A stretch of 64,000 bases of DNA, taken from assembly GCF_009914755.1 (NCBI RefSeq), contig NC_060930.1; one strand, given 5' to 3'. Source of the stretch: the human T2T-CHM13v2.0 reference genome, Homo sapiens. The notes below the pieces were generated by a model. That model had not been told where the DNA came from, did not search any database, and saw nothing but the letters and a program-made list of their open reading frames with translations. Positions 25,861 to 39,555 of this stretch are shown one piece after another (positions within the stretch are counted from its first letter, which is position 1; each line of letters begins with the position of its first letter). Position numbers and translations under genes: made by a program.

Positions 25861-27299
25861 TTTGAATGGCACTGATTACCCCAGTGACTTCCTTGGTTAC
25901 AGCGAGGACAAAGTCCTGGTGTTTTTTCTGCTAGGTGGGGCACTGCATTGTAAGTTCCTTTCTGTCCTGAGATCTGGCGGCATTCCTTTTTAAAATGTCC
26001 AGTTTTTCCACAATTATAACATTTTCCCATTTTAGGGTTTGACCCTTGGCTCCTTTTACATTTGTCAACTGCTAAATTAGCCATTGCCTGCGCTAATATT
26101 GTAGAGCAATGAAGCTCAGTTCCCACAACCTGACAGGCTCTGAGAAAATTTCCCAAGTTTTTTATACACCTCACAGGTGCCAATGCACGTTTACAATCTG
26201 CGTTTACATTCTCAAAAGCTAGAGTTAAGGTTAGCATTTCTGCAGCATCGGTATGAGGAATCTGATGCTTCATTGCATCTTGTCATCATGCAAGAAATTG
26301 TGCACAAGGTTCCTGCAACACTTGCATGATATGTAAAAAGGATTGCACTGGGACTCCCTCTTCTGGAATTGTGGCCCTGTCGCATTTAGCAGCCTATGCA
26401 CACTGCTGGCATTTGGGAGTGCCATTTGATGTTCCAGGTCTGAATAGGGCCATTACCTAACAGCATGTCCTCTGTAATGTCTCTGTGTCCAGCTACACGA
26501 TTCTGTCTAGCATTGTCTGCACACATTTCTTGCCAATTTAAATTCAATGTCAGGTATGCACAAGGAGACAAACAAGCATGAGCTGAATGCTTTCCATCAA
26601 AGGGTAGAAGGCGCACAGCACCAAATACAGGTTCTAGCAGTCCTAAAGTGAATGGGCTCTGTATACCATTGTTTACCACACTCATTTTAATTCCTTCAAC
26701 AACTTAAACTCTAGTGGAGTGTGTTCATGAGTGAGCTGCTATGGATTATTTGGATCAGGCCTTACAGAAATAGGAAAAGTGCAAGGTCCTATGGGCTCTT
26801 TAGCCATGGCAGCAGAGTGTAAAATGCTCTGTATTGGGGTCTCTATTTCTGCTACCGAAGGAGGCGGTACAGATGTTTCTGCTATTGGAGGAGGCAGTAT
26901 AGGCCAATTTTTTTCCTCCCTCTCCTGTTTTTTATTTTAAATTGGAGCTGTGAGTGGTACAACAGATTCTTTCAGATTTTTAGACTCAGAACATCACTCC
27001 TACTGTCCAGCAGAATAAGAAGGAGATAATGGCAGAAGGACAGTACGGACTAAACTCCAAGTGGAGAAAAGAGAAGGATCAACTTTGAGACCTTTTTGAT
27101 GAGCCCATTTTAATCCTTCTGCTCTGTCCCAATTTTCCATATCAAGAGTGCCTGTCTGTGGGAACTATGGGTTATGCGTAATAACCTCCTGCAGCATTTT
27201 TGTTAATGTCTGAGATCTAACCTGAGCACCAGATTGTTTCAACAAAACTTTAAGCAACTGCACATAATGTTTTTCTTCAATACACAAATTCTGCCCCAT
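25824..27299 (-). pseudogene. HERV-K gag remnant
   Basis: MGQN start, LAFENVNADC capsid motif, two CCHC zinc knuckles; frameshifts and stops. Confidence 0.85.
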
Positions 27300-27542
27300 G
27301 TTACCCTGATTCGGAAAACTTTCTGTTCCCAATACTTCTTTAGAACACTGACCTTATATTGCTCCCAGTACCTCTTTAGGGCACTGACCTTATATCTGCT
27401 GCCAGCAGACTCATCCCGGGGTCCCCATACGTCTTGTCAATTTCAGTTCCTCTGCTCCAGCAGACCTTCTTTGTTCACATCCTCGTGTCCCTGTGTTGTG
27501 AAACCACTATGGCGTTGCCCTGTCGCTGTTTGAATGTCACTA

Positions 27543-27976
27543 TGCCATGGACCCTGTTGGACTGAACAAAGGAGGACGAACGGGGGGAATAAAGACAAGA
27601 GAGTTCATTTGGAAGAAGGGGTCGGGGGCACCTTGCTCTTAGTGAACAAGGGCCCTGAACTTTGAGCTTTCTTTGTTGAAAGAAGCTCAACAAAGTGAAA
27701 AGAGATAGTGAGAAGGGGGTGGTTGTTGGTCTGCTGCTTGCTCCAGAGCAGCCTTGCAAGACTGCATTCCTCGAACAATAGGCTCTAGATGTCCCAGTAG
27801 ATAAACTCAAGGAGCCCAGTGCCAGGGAGTGATTGCCCTCAGCAAAACTTCTGGCGGCCAGCAAAGAAGAGAGTTTGCCCCTATTCTGTATTCCTGATAA
27901 ACAGTTTGCTGTTTGATCATATAGCATCAGTGGAATGCTGAGTTGGTCACGATTCTCCGGCCTCCGGTTCTCTACA
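27543..27976 (-). mobile_element. LTR3-type 5' LTR
   Basis: Minus strand TGTAGAGAACCGG...GGGTCCATGGCA (434 bp) followed by a degenerate PBS; DRB intron 1 homology resumes at 27977 (aaatggattcaacaag, DRB1 about 51717). Confidence 0.8.
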
Positions 27977-28098
27977 CCAAATGGATTCAACAAGAAAGTG
28001 GTTGAATTTATGCAACTCTGTAGTTTTTTCTAATGAAACAAGCAAAAATTAACCATAAAGAAATGATTGGGTGGTGAGTGTATAAAAGATATGAGTCA

Positions 28099-28403
<305 letters not shown>

Positions 28404-28435
28404 CTAGACTTTTCAGAAAGAGCACAGTGTGAACC

Positions 28436-28668
28436 AGTGCTCTCAGCCTGCACTATTGACATTTTGGACCAGATAATAATTTGTTGGTGATGGAGGCTGT
28501 TGTGTACATTGCAGGTTCTCTAAAAGTATCCCTGGCATCTGCTCATTAAACATCAGAAGAAATCCCTGTTGTGACAACCAAAAATTCCTCCAAACATTGC
28601 CACACATTCCCCAAGGGTGATGGGAGGGAAGGGAGGGTTGGCGAACTATCCCTGGGTAAAAACCATGG
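28436..28668 (-). mobile_element. MER20 (hAT DNA transposon) remnant, paralogue at about 51860-52092
   Basis: 'cagtgctctcagcctgcactattgacattttggaccagataat...gtgacaaccaaaaa...aaacattgcc' matches recalled MER20. Confidence 0.7.
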
Positions 28669-29367
28669 GTGTGAACCATCTGAAAAAAATCTGTGTTGAA
28701 CAAGCCACTATTAGTTATGGAGCAGCTGAGAATTATTTTGAAAAATATCTGTTGAAAATCTTGGTCCTACATAAAATGAAAATATTGTAGAATTCTGGTC
28801 TCAATACATGCTATGTTTCCAGAAAATGAACTTGTGGAGAACCAAGATTTACTGATTTCCTTGCCTTACCAATCAGTCACCAAATCATATCATTTATCTT
28901 TCATAGCATCTTCTTTCTTAATTTCTGTGCCACTGGTACACTAATTATCTGTGGTAATGCATCACAACCACAGCTATTTTATTCCCATTAAATGCCCCAA
29001 CAAACTCATTTCTCTCAGTCTCCCACTCCCAACAGTACTAGCAGGCATCAAATTTCCAGCCTTGGCCAGAGGTAGAACTCTCGGTTTTGTAGTTAAGTCC
29101 CCTCAGAAAGGGAGAAACCAAAAAAATGACATTCTCATACGGACAGTTTACAAAAAATGAGCAGGTCCCCAGACTTTGAGTATGACCTTCATAAAGCTTC
29201 CTTTGCCCTTTAGAAAAGATGCCCTGGATCAAAAATGTCTGTCTTTTTATTCTTAAATTATCTAAGCACTTTCTTTACAGAGAGAAAGTTAAAAAATAAA
29301 AATGTGTGAAGTCACTGTCACTGTGACTTGCATGGCTCGCCCTGTAATCCATGCTCATGTGTCCCAG

Positions 29368-29492
29368 TTAGGGTTGAAAGGTTTGACAAATAAAACCAGA
29401 GGATGCCCACTTAAATTTGGATTTCCAATAAATTATGGTGTGTATCTGAAATTCAGATTTAACTAGGGACTTGTATTTTATTTGGTAACCCC
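29368..29492. mobile_element. MER53-like palindromic hAT element, paralogue at about 52806-52930
   Basis: tagggttg...ggatgccc.ttaaatttg...ctgaaattcagatttaact...ggtaaccc inverted structure. Confidence 0.55.
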
Positions 29493-29791
29493 AGGCCAAC
29501 TTGCTAGTCAAACTTCAGAACAAGGAGTGATTTAATACTTCCTTGTGTTCTTCAACATATGCCCAGGAGAGACATATAGAACTTTTAAAATGATAAATGC
29601 AAAATGAATGAAAGTTTTGCCTATACATTGGAACTAGCAGCCCTTGCATCTCTGCTCCCACTTCAAGAAACAACCTGGTACATTTGAATATCAGAAATTC
29701 CGTCAATAATTCAGACACAGTCTGGTCACTACTCACTAATGATGGCCAGACTTTCAATCTCTAGAATCAGAAAATCTGAATGGAAACATGA

Positions 29792-30183
<392 letters not shown>

Positions 30184-30999
30184 AGGATTATTTTTAAGTA
30201 TAAAATTAAATAATGATTTTTCGTAGCACTGACCACATAATAAACAGTCAAATATATTTCCATTTTAATTTTTATGATCCCTTTAACTGCAGCTCACATT
30301 ATTTTTCCTATTCCTTGATTCTAAAGCAATTTGTATCTTCATCATGATTTTGCAATTGTCTTCTGTTCTTTTATTAGTTTCATAAAAAATTGTCATTCTG
30401 AAAACATAGGGCAGAAACACTAGCTTATGTCTAATAATGCAGTATACCTAAACCTCACACAAAAGGGATCTGCTGACATAGGAGAAAGGGACTTTCTACA
30501 TGCTCAGATTTAAACTGCAATCTGATTTCTAGCACTACATTTGGGATACTGGGTTTTATTTACATCTTCTCAATTTTAGACTCCTGAGATGTATATGTTT
30601 TTAAACACTACAGATACAATAGGATCATTGTTGAAACTGAATACTGAAATTCATAGACCTGGTACACAGTTACTGCAGAATGTTATATGGCATGTACTGA
30701 TGGAGACTAGATTTATTTCATTCATCACTCCATTCTCATGACTTAGAGTAATAACTGGTATATTCTAAGTCACTAATAAATACGGGTTGTGTGAAATATT
30801 GGCTGTGTGATGTTTTGCATGAGCAGTCACCACTGCACACAGGGACCCTCTCGTATTTCCTTGCCATTAATGACTGAGCATCTCTGGTTCACAGGTCCTC
30901 CTGCTTCTCTTCGGCCTCTTTAGCCTTTTCCTTTAGATTCAGCTGTCTCCCTAAATCCAGAGTGCAGTCCTTCCCTGAAGCTCTCTACTCAAAACAGTC

Positions 31000-32370
31000 A
31001 ACCTTAACCTCATCCTCACTTCTACTTGCTCTTCAAATGGTCCATTCCATTTTCCATCCTGGATGCTCCATTGACTGCAGATATCAACTCCAGCAAACCC
31101 AGCACTTGCTTCTCTCTCACATTCTCACTTCACCCACTTAATGATACTCATTGGCTTCTCCCCGCTTCTTGAAAAAAATCTGTTTTCCTTGACTTACAAG
31201 CATTATGTTCTCTTGGTTTTTCTCCTACATCCCTGGGGCTCCCTCTCAGTCCCCTTTGCTGGCCTGTGCCTTCTTCTTTTTTCTACACACAAGCTATTAC
31301 CCTATGTATCCTCTTCCACTCCCTGGAATTTAACAGAGTACACGTATTGATGCCATCAACATAAATACTTCCAGCCCTGGACTCACCGTGAGTCTCTTAA
31401 ATTCCATTGACCTTCTGATTGTTCCACATAAACGTCAATAAATCATTTCCAACCACCCACTTCAAATAATTTCCTCCCACAGTTTTCCCTATCTCAATAA
31501 ACAACACCACCATCCACTTATTTGTCAAGACAAAATCCTTAGGAATAAGCTTGATTGTTCTATCCCCTTTACAGTAATCCATTAACAACCTGAGCAAAAT
31601 ACATGCCGAGTCTGTCCACTTCATGTTTTTCACTGTCTTTATCACTAATGCACACCAGGAAGCCATGAGCTGTTTTCCCTGAGGATTCCCTGCTGTGCTC
31701 CTAAAAAGTCTTCCTTTTTACTTGTGAACCCCAGCAATCCAATCCCCACAAAGTAGCTAGAATTAGTTTTAAAAATTGAATATAAATTGACTCTCCTTGT
31801 AACCATCCAATAGCTTCCCATATCTGTTTAAATAAAATTAAAATTTCTTACTGTGAACATCAGGGCCTAATATGATGAGGCTCCTGACCTCCTCTCTGCA
31901 TCCTACCTCATCATCTGCCTCTCCATTTCCTTGCTTCCTTTACGTCAGTCCCTCTAGCCTTCTTTCTCTCCCTGCATATAAATTCCCACACCAGGGTTTT
32001 CCCCCAATTTGTGTCTCTCTGGAACATTTGACCCTTACATCTTCACATGGCTGTTTACTTATTTTGTTGTCTCAGCTGAATGTCACTTTCTCAGGTAGAG
32101 CTGCCTAAGCATATGAACCAAAATTGGGTGAATCCAATTCTCTCTTTCCACAAACCTGATGTCTTTTCTTCAGTGCATGATGACTCTCTGAAATTTTCTT
32201 CTTTGTTAAATGATTATTGGGTTATTGTCTATCTCCTCTATGATTGTGTAACTTCCATGAGTAGGGACCAACCCACTCTATCTTACTCAAATAGAATGAT
32301 TTGAACCTAGAAGGGAGGCCAGTACACAGTAGCTGCTGATAAAAATAACTGTGGTTTACATGAATAAACC
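31000..32370 (+). mobile_element. Degenerate L2 fragments, paralogue at about 54180-56510
   Basis: CT-rich L2-like phrases ('tctcagctgaatgtcactttctcagg', 'ttccatgagtagggacc'); boundaries approximate. Confidence 0.5.
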
Positions 32371-32515
32371 AGCATTCTCGGAACTCATCACTGTGTGGAT
32401 CCTGAAAAGCAAGAAGGGGCTCAAGCTCCAGCACTTTTTCATTTTGATGTCACACTAGACCCCTTCTCTTCCCTGTGAGAAATACAGGCAAACTTCTTCT
32501 TTCTCCTCCTCCTAG

Positions 32516-33200
<685 letters not shown>

Positions 33201-34371
33201 TTATCTCTTGTGATAAACCTCATAGTTCTCTGGGTCTGTGCAAGCTTTAAGGATTTCAGGAAATAATGACAACATAGCTGGGGAAAAACAGAGAGAAACT
33301 GGAGGAAGAGGTAAGCAGAAATGGCTAAATAAGAAAAGCTGAGAGCATGATGGGTGAACCTATGAAATTTAGGACAAGACCCGAGTAAGAGAATGAGTTC
33401 CCAGGACTTGCTCATTGACTTTCAGCCCTGTGAGATGTGAACAATGTCCACATTGTCTCGGTAACTCCACTCAGAGTATATCGTTTGAATCTTAGCAAAT
33501 TTCTGATATTTGACTATTTTTGACTTAACAAAAATAGAATTTCATATAATTTTTCCTACATTGACTGAATCTCTTCTTGTGGAGTCTAGTTAGAGCATGT
33601 AGGCGAAGGTAATATACAAAGGTTAAAAGAGATTCATAATAAACACTAACCTGGGCCGGGTTTTCAGAGGATGCCTTAAGTTCTTTAGGCACCAAAGAAC
33701 ACCCCATAGGTATTATTTGCCTGTAGGGTGACGCCAAGTACTAAAGATCTCAGCTTCAGTTCCAGGGATTTTTCCCCATAAGAAAGAAAGAGCAGTAAGT
33801 ATAACTTTTGTCAGAGAACCTACATACGCTACAGGGATACAGGCTTTATAAAGATTGTGCTTCAGAAAGAAAAGAAAGGAGATAATGGGGAGGCCACTGA
33901 ATACATCCTCACATATGAGGAAGAGGGGCCAATACCAGAGGTTCTGTGGAGGACATAACACTGGATCATCTAGGAGAGACCCTTTGAATTCCCTTGACTC
34001 CCACAAAATTTTCAGTAAAAACCTCCTTTTGTCTGACATAAGTCAACATAATAAAGGGAAGTGCTGTATGGGGAATTTATTTTAGCATCCTTATTTCTAA
34101 ATCTTCTAAAGACCCTGAGGACATGTGATGCAAAGGTTTTATTGGTGGAGATTTGAGAAGAAATGGCCTGTACACAGGCCCCTTATATGGAGAGGGCAAG
34201 TAGTGAAGCTCCTTTTGTGGAGGAAATAATTTGGGATCCATATGATAAAGATGGGCAATCCCTGTTGAAAACGTCACATATTCTTAAGGGACATGGCCTG
34301 GGCATAGTGACAAATTTAGCTCCCTACTTTACCCACTTTATAGTAGCTCAGCACCCACAGTGTGCACTTAG

Positions 34372-34475
34372 GTCGGGTGCCCACAGCCAAAGCCAGTGGG
34401 GAGCTCAGCACCATCAGTGTCACTGTCAGAGGTGCCATGCAAGAGCCTCCAGCCAGGCAGCCTGAGGCACACCAT
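34372..34475 (-). pseudogene. HLA-DRB2: DRB2 exon 1 (signal peptide) with 4-nt insertion and GT>CT donor mutation
   Basis: ATG at 34475; CCTGG-CTGG-AGG duplication makes 104 nt vs 100; boundary reads C|CTAAGT instead of C|GTAAGT. Confidence 0.9.
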
Positions 34476-34559
34476 GCTGGAGAACAGCACAGGACCAGGT
34501 GCCAGGGTAGCAGGCAAGTCTCACATTCATGGAGAACTATGACCCCCACCACTCACATC

Positions 34560-34690
34560 CCAAACATAGGGAGGAAGTTACTAATTTCTTTGCTCCTGGA
34601 TTGGGTAATCCCGCGTTGGAGAACCAATCAGCATCTGAGTTCAGTATCATCATCAGTTGCTGCTCAGAGATGCAGTATGAAGGTCCTCTT
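34560..34690 (-). promoter_or_regulatory. DRB2 class II S-X-Y promoter module
   Basis: S box GGACCTT (34680-34686), X AGCAGCAACTGATG (34651-34664), Y CTGATTGGTT (34622-34631), CCAAT; TATA degraded to TATGT. Confidence 0.88.
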
Positions 34691-36245
34691 CTGAAATAAT
34701 TTCCTTCTTTAAAAGATTGTTTTAATTTAGTACTTGGAAGGTTCGACCCAGTTGCATGGGAAACACTTTAATTGGGTCCTTATTGTGAGCCACCTCTGAG
34801 CTGGTCAGTGATGTGTTCACAACTTTGAGTCTTGTAAGAACATTCATTTCCCACTTGACAACAGAAGTATTTGCAGCAGTGACTGTGTTTAGGAGTAAAT
34901 GAGATGGAGGGAACATGGTTGAAAATCAGGACACCTTTAATCTGGTCCTTATTGCACCATATCTTAATGTCGTAGATTTGGGAAAATTACTTCATGTCTC
35001 ACAGTTGATATGAAGGCACCATGATCTTTCAGGTCTTTCAATACTGGAAAATGCTGTGATTCTGTGGACGCCTCAAGTAGCAACAGCCCCTGGGTATCTG
35101 ATGATATGACAGAATGACAGCTGTTGACTGGAGAGTGTAATCTGTACCTATTTCCAGGTAGGGATGTCCTTAATAAGTTAAAGGAAATGGAAAGTTTGTT
35201 AATAATTTAATCTGAGTAAAAGGTTTTATATAAAGTGTGTCTCCTGATGCTGCCCCCAAGTTTAGTGGCACCTCCAGAGCACACACAGGAAGGGGCTTGC
35301 AGGGACCACCTATGTGCAATGGAGGGTCTGAAGGTGCCTTTGTATAGCACTTGCCCTAACAATGTGATAAGGTCAACTGTCCAATCGAAGTATTCAGGGG
35401 TCTGGGAGATCGGTCAAGGACTCAAAGTCAGCTGTTGACAGAACAACTCTGTTTCAAAATAATTAATATTTTACGTGAAAAGTGTTCAATCCCTCATTCC
35501 CGGTTCCCATTAGGATTTCCTCATTTGATTGAGGTTATGGCCCTTTACTATTATGCTTCTTTTGATTTATCATAAGGGAAGATATAAGAAGACTGTGCTA
35601 AGTAATATGTTACAGAATGTTCAGGAAAGAGAACCCTAGGGAAAAACTATGAATTACATCAGCTGATGTAATCATGTAATTTTAGACATATAATTCTACA
35701 TTTAGATAATTATTATGCTTTATATTAATATAAATGTGACATCTAAGATTCAGAATGGACTTCACAGTATAACTGTACATGTAAAACTCTGCATTAATTC
35801 ACACTGTACCACAGTTCTGATGGGCACTCCTTCCTTATGTGCCTTAGTGTTTCCAGAAGCAGGATTCTCACCATGCTGCAATAAAAATAAGCATTTTACT
35901 TTGTACTCAGAATTGTATTAAAAGCTTTCTATACTTCATATTTTTATTTAATTCTCACATCAGCTCAGTAAAATAAACACCCTTTTCATGCTTACAGGTG
36001 GAGAGACTACAACGATGGAGATAACACAACTTTTGCAAAGATACACTAGTAAATGGTACACTGTAGATAGAACCAAATTATATACCCCTCAAGCTCAGCC
36101 ACTAGATCATACTCCTTCAGAAAGAAGGAGAAAAGAAAAAGAAACACACAAAAAAGAAACAAATTATGAAAAAAAGAAACTAATTGTGATGATAGTAATC
36201 TAGGAAAACCAGCTGAGGTTCACATTAGTATTTTAAGATAAATGG

Positions 36246-37201
36246 TGATGCTGGCAGTGGTGAGCTGTCCAGAGTGGCCGGCTGCTGCGGGAAGTTGCAA
36301 GCGGTGGCGGCAGCATCCACTGCCGGAGCAGTGGCCGTGGTGGGACTCTTGTACCCCATGTCCCCTGTGCCTCGCGTCACTGAGGCATCTGACTGCACTG
36401 CCCCGACCCTTGAGCAGCTGGCGGGACCGCCCCCAGGCCCAGAGCCTTCACCACTCCTGCGTTGCTGCTCTCACCCTGCAGTTGTGGGGAGGGCATGGAG
36501 CTGGGGCCACCCTTCAGTGGCCTGGGGTGGGATGTGGGAGTGGCCTCACTTTGAGGACCAGGCCAGCGGCAAGGCCACTGTCCCACCCTGCCGAGGGCGC
36601 CCAGTTTCTGCGCCTCAGGAAGAGGCTCTACCTGAGGCCTCCCAGGGTTTTATCTCCGCGGGTGGCGACCAAGCCTGATGCTCCTGACAGCCAGGCCCGG
36701 GCTGGGATCTGTTCCCCAAGGTGCCTCCCCCGCCATATCCCGGCGAGAGAGAGCCCGGGGCACCCTGAGTGCTACGGGAATAATTTGCAGAGACATCACC
36801 CTTGCCCCATATGCCAGCCTGGGCCCAGCGGGGGGAGCCGCGCACCTCAGGCTGCCAGAAGGTGTGACAGGGGCTACCTGCAGGCTCCACGGAATGGGTT
36901 GGAAGCCCCGCCCTCCCGGCCCTCCCGGCCCTCCCTGCAGGCAGCAGGAGCCAGGCCTCTCTACGCTCTCAAGGCTGAGAAGGCCCCCCTGTCCATGCAG
37001 CCTTGGGGGTGTCTGCTCCCACTTTCTGGCCTCTCCCTTGGCCTCACCCGGGTCCCGGGTGCCCACTCTGATCTCAGAGTGGAGTTGGGGCAAAGCCCCA
37101 GTGCTGTCACAGACTGGCTGGGTGTGTGCACGCTCAGGGAAGTGTTGACACACCAGCCTTTTGCCACCTCAGTCACAGGGAAGCCAAGGGAAGATGGGCA
37201 G
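36246..37201 (+). mobile_element. MER52-family GC-rich LTR, 3'-truncated at the duplication junction
   Basis: TGATGCTGGCAGTGG start; 'ctgctcccact..ctggcctctccc...gcccactctgatctcagagtggagttgggg' resembles recalled MER52 consensus. Confidence 0.7.
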
Positions 37202-37861
37202 GTAATATTTGCAGTAAGTTTCTTATAGGAAGCATGTCGATGGGTCATTGTTTTTCACTCTGACATTTGTCTTTTTACACACTTTACATGTAATGCAGTT
37301 ATTAATATGTGAGCTCTTATGACTGCCATCTGCTTTTTGTTTTCTTTTTTGTTTCCTTTGGTTTTTTCTTCTCTGGTTTCTTTTCCTATGTTCCAATGTG
37401 TTCCTTAAGCAATTTTTAGAATTCCATTTTTAAATCAATCATTTTTTGGTTTATCTCATTGTATAGTTTTTGTGATTTATCTATCTATTAACATAACTTA
37501 TCATAGTCTACTGGTGCTGACATTTTACCAATTTGACTAAAGTGTGGAAACTTTACCTCCTTTATATCCCTTTCCACTTCTGCATGTATAATATATATTT
37601 TTTATTTTCTCTACTTGCATCAAAACCACATCTGTCAATGTTGCAGTTTTTGCCTCAACCATCAAATTAATTTACAAAACTGAAGAAGTCTGTTGTATCT
37701 AACCATATTTTTACTCACTTATTGTTTACTTTTTTCCCAATTATCCAGGATTCCTTCCATTATCATTTCTATTCCAGTTCAAACACTTCCTTTAGCCCTT
37801 GTTTTAACATAAGTCTGCTAGCATGAAATTCTCTTGATTTTCCTTCCTCTAAGTGTGTCAT

Positions 37862-38187
37862 GGCCAGGCACGGTGGCTCACACCTGTAATCCCAGCACTT
37901 TGGAAGGCCAAGGCAGGCAGATCTCATGAGCTCAGGGATTCGAGACTACCCTGGGCAACATGGCAAAACCCTGTCTCTGCCAGAAATACAAAAAATTAGC
38001 CAGGCGTGGTGGTGCGTGTCTGTAATCCCAGCTATTCAGGAGGCTGATGTGTGAGGATTACAGGAGCCTGGGAAGCAGAGGCTGCAGTGAGCAGTGGTCG
38101 CACCACTGCCCTCCAGCCTGGGTGACACAGCAAGACTCCATCTAAAAAACAAACAAAAAAAGAAAAAAAAGAAAAAGAAAAAAAAAG
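37862..38187 (+). mobile_element. Alu (AluJ-like)
   Basis: Full Alu at the same site as 13299-13611, so it predates the duplication. Confidence 0.88.
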
Positions 38188-39555
38188 AATGTCATGATGG
38201 AACATTTTATAATAATGTTTTTACTGGATATACATTCTAGGTTAACATTCTTTTCAGCCATTAAAATATCTTGTGCCACTTTTGTCTGGTCTGCATGATT
38301 TCTATTGAGCAATCCACTGTCATTTAATTTATTTTCTCCTGTGCATGTGATGTCATTTCTCTCTTGTTGCTTTCGAGATTTTTTTTGGCATAAATTTCTT
38401 TGGATTTATTTTCGTTTGGGTTTGCACAGATTCTTGAATTTTTACATTTAAGTCTTTGTCCGAATTTGGAAAATAGTCAGTCTTTCTTCAAACACTCTTT
38501 GTGCATCACCCATTTGTCATCTCCCTCTAAGACTCCAGTTACACAAATTTCATACCTTTTGTTATAGTCTTACAGATTTATCAGCATGAAATAATACTAA
38601 ATATTATGAACAACTTTACAAAAATAAATGTGCATGTAATAAATAAATTATTCAAAATGTACAATGTACTGTGCATGTAATGAATAAATTATTCAAAATG
38701 TACAATGTACTGAAGCTGACAAATAACATAAAACAGGAAGAGTTCCACATGTCATAGAGAAAGTAAGTCCATTCTATAATGCTTTCCCAAGACAAAACCC
38801 CAGGTTCATCTAGCTTCAGTAACTATTTAAAAATATTTAAGGAACAAACAACACTAACTTTATACAAACTTCAAACATATTTGAAAAAAGGAAAAGCACT
38901 TGCAGTTACGTTTGATGAGATCTGTGTAAACTTTACTTCAAGACCTGAAGGGAACTCTACAACTCTACAACGAATAGGAATTAAGAGACCAATAACTCTT
39001 ATGAGCCAAGTTCTTAAGAAAATGTTAGCCAAGTGAATTCAGTGATATAAAAGATGGCTACTATATCATGACCAAGTGGAGTTTATTCCTGAAATGCAAG
39101 GTTATGTAAGCATTTGAGAATCAATTAGTGTGATTCACTACGTTAACTGAAGGAAGGAGAATACACATGCAACCACCTTGATAGTCATGAAATATGGTTT
39201 GACAGAATTCAGCACTTGGCCTTAATTTTTAAAAAATCTGTTTTCAAACTTGTTTTAAAAAAATATTTCTCAATCTGAGAAATGATAGCTACCCAATTGC
39301 ACACATTAGTCTCAGCAGTGAAATGTTTAAAACTGTCTCCTTCATATCTGGAGTACTAGATGAGTTAGAGAATGATAACAGCAAGAAAAATATATCAAAG
39401 AGATAATTGCATCCAGGTAAGATGGTCATTATTTACTCTTGACATAATCAGGTACTTAGGAAATAAAAACAATAGACAAGCTCATAGATTTAATAAGTAA
39501 ATTTAAGTAATGTTGCTGATTACAAAGTCAGTATACATTAAACCAATTATTTTAT

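Larger units (their letters stand above)
22718..27976 (-). mobile_element. Class II HERV-K provirus, HML-6 (HERVK3-int/LTR3) type; env and 3' LTR missing
   Basis: 5'LTR 27543-27976; gag ATG GGG CAG at 27299 with CYNCGKTGHFKKEC and CPRCNQGSHWGNQC knuckles; dUTPase (PGSAGLDL), protease (DTGAD), G-patch, RT, RNaseH, IN. HML-6 call from recalled LTR3 sequence and the known HERVK3I insertion in DRB2/DRB6 intron 1. Confidence 0.85.

Noticed and set aside
36242-37228. 328-aa ORF and overlapping ORFs as a novel gene
   Set aside because: GC-rich MER52-like LTR with long open frames on both strands, Pro/Arg/Ala-rich translation and no recognisable domain.
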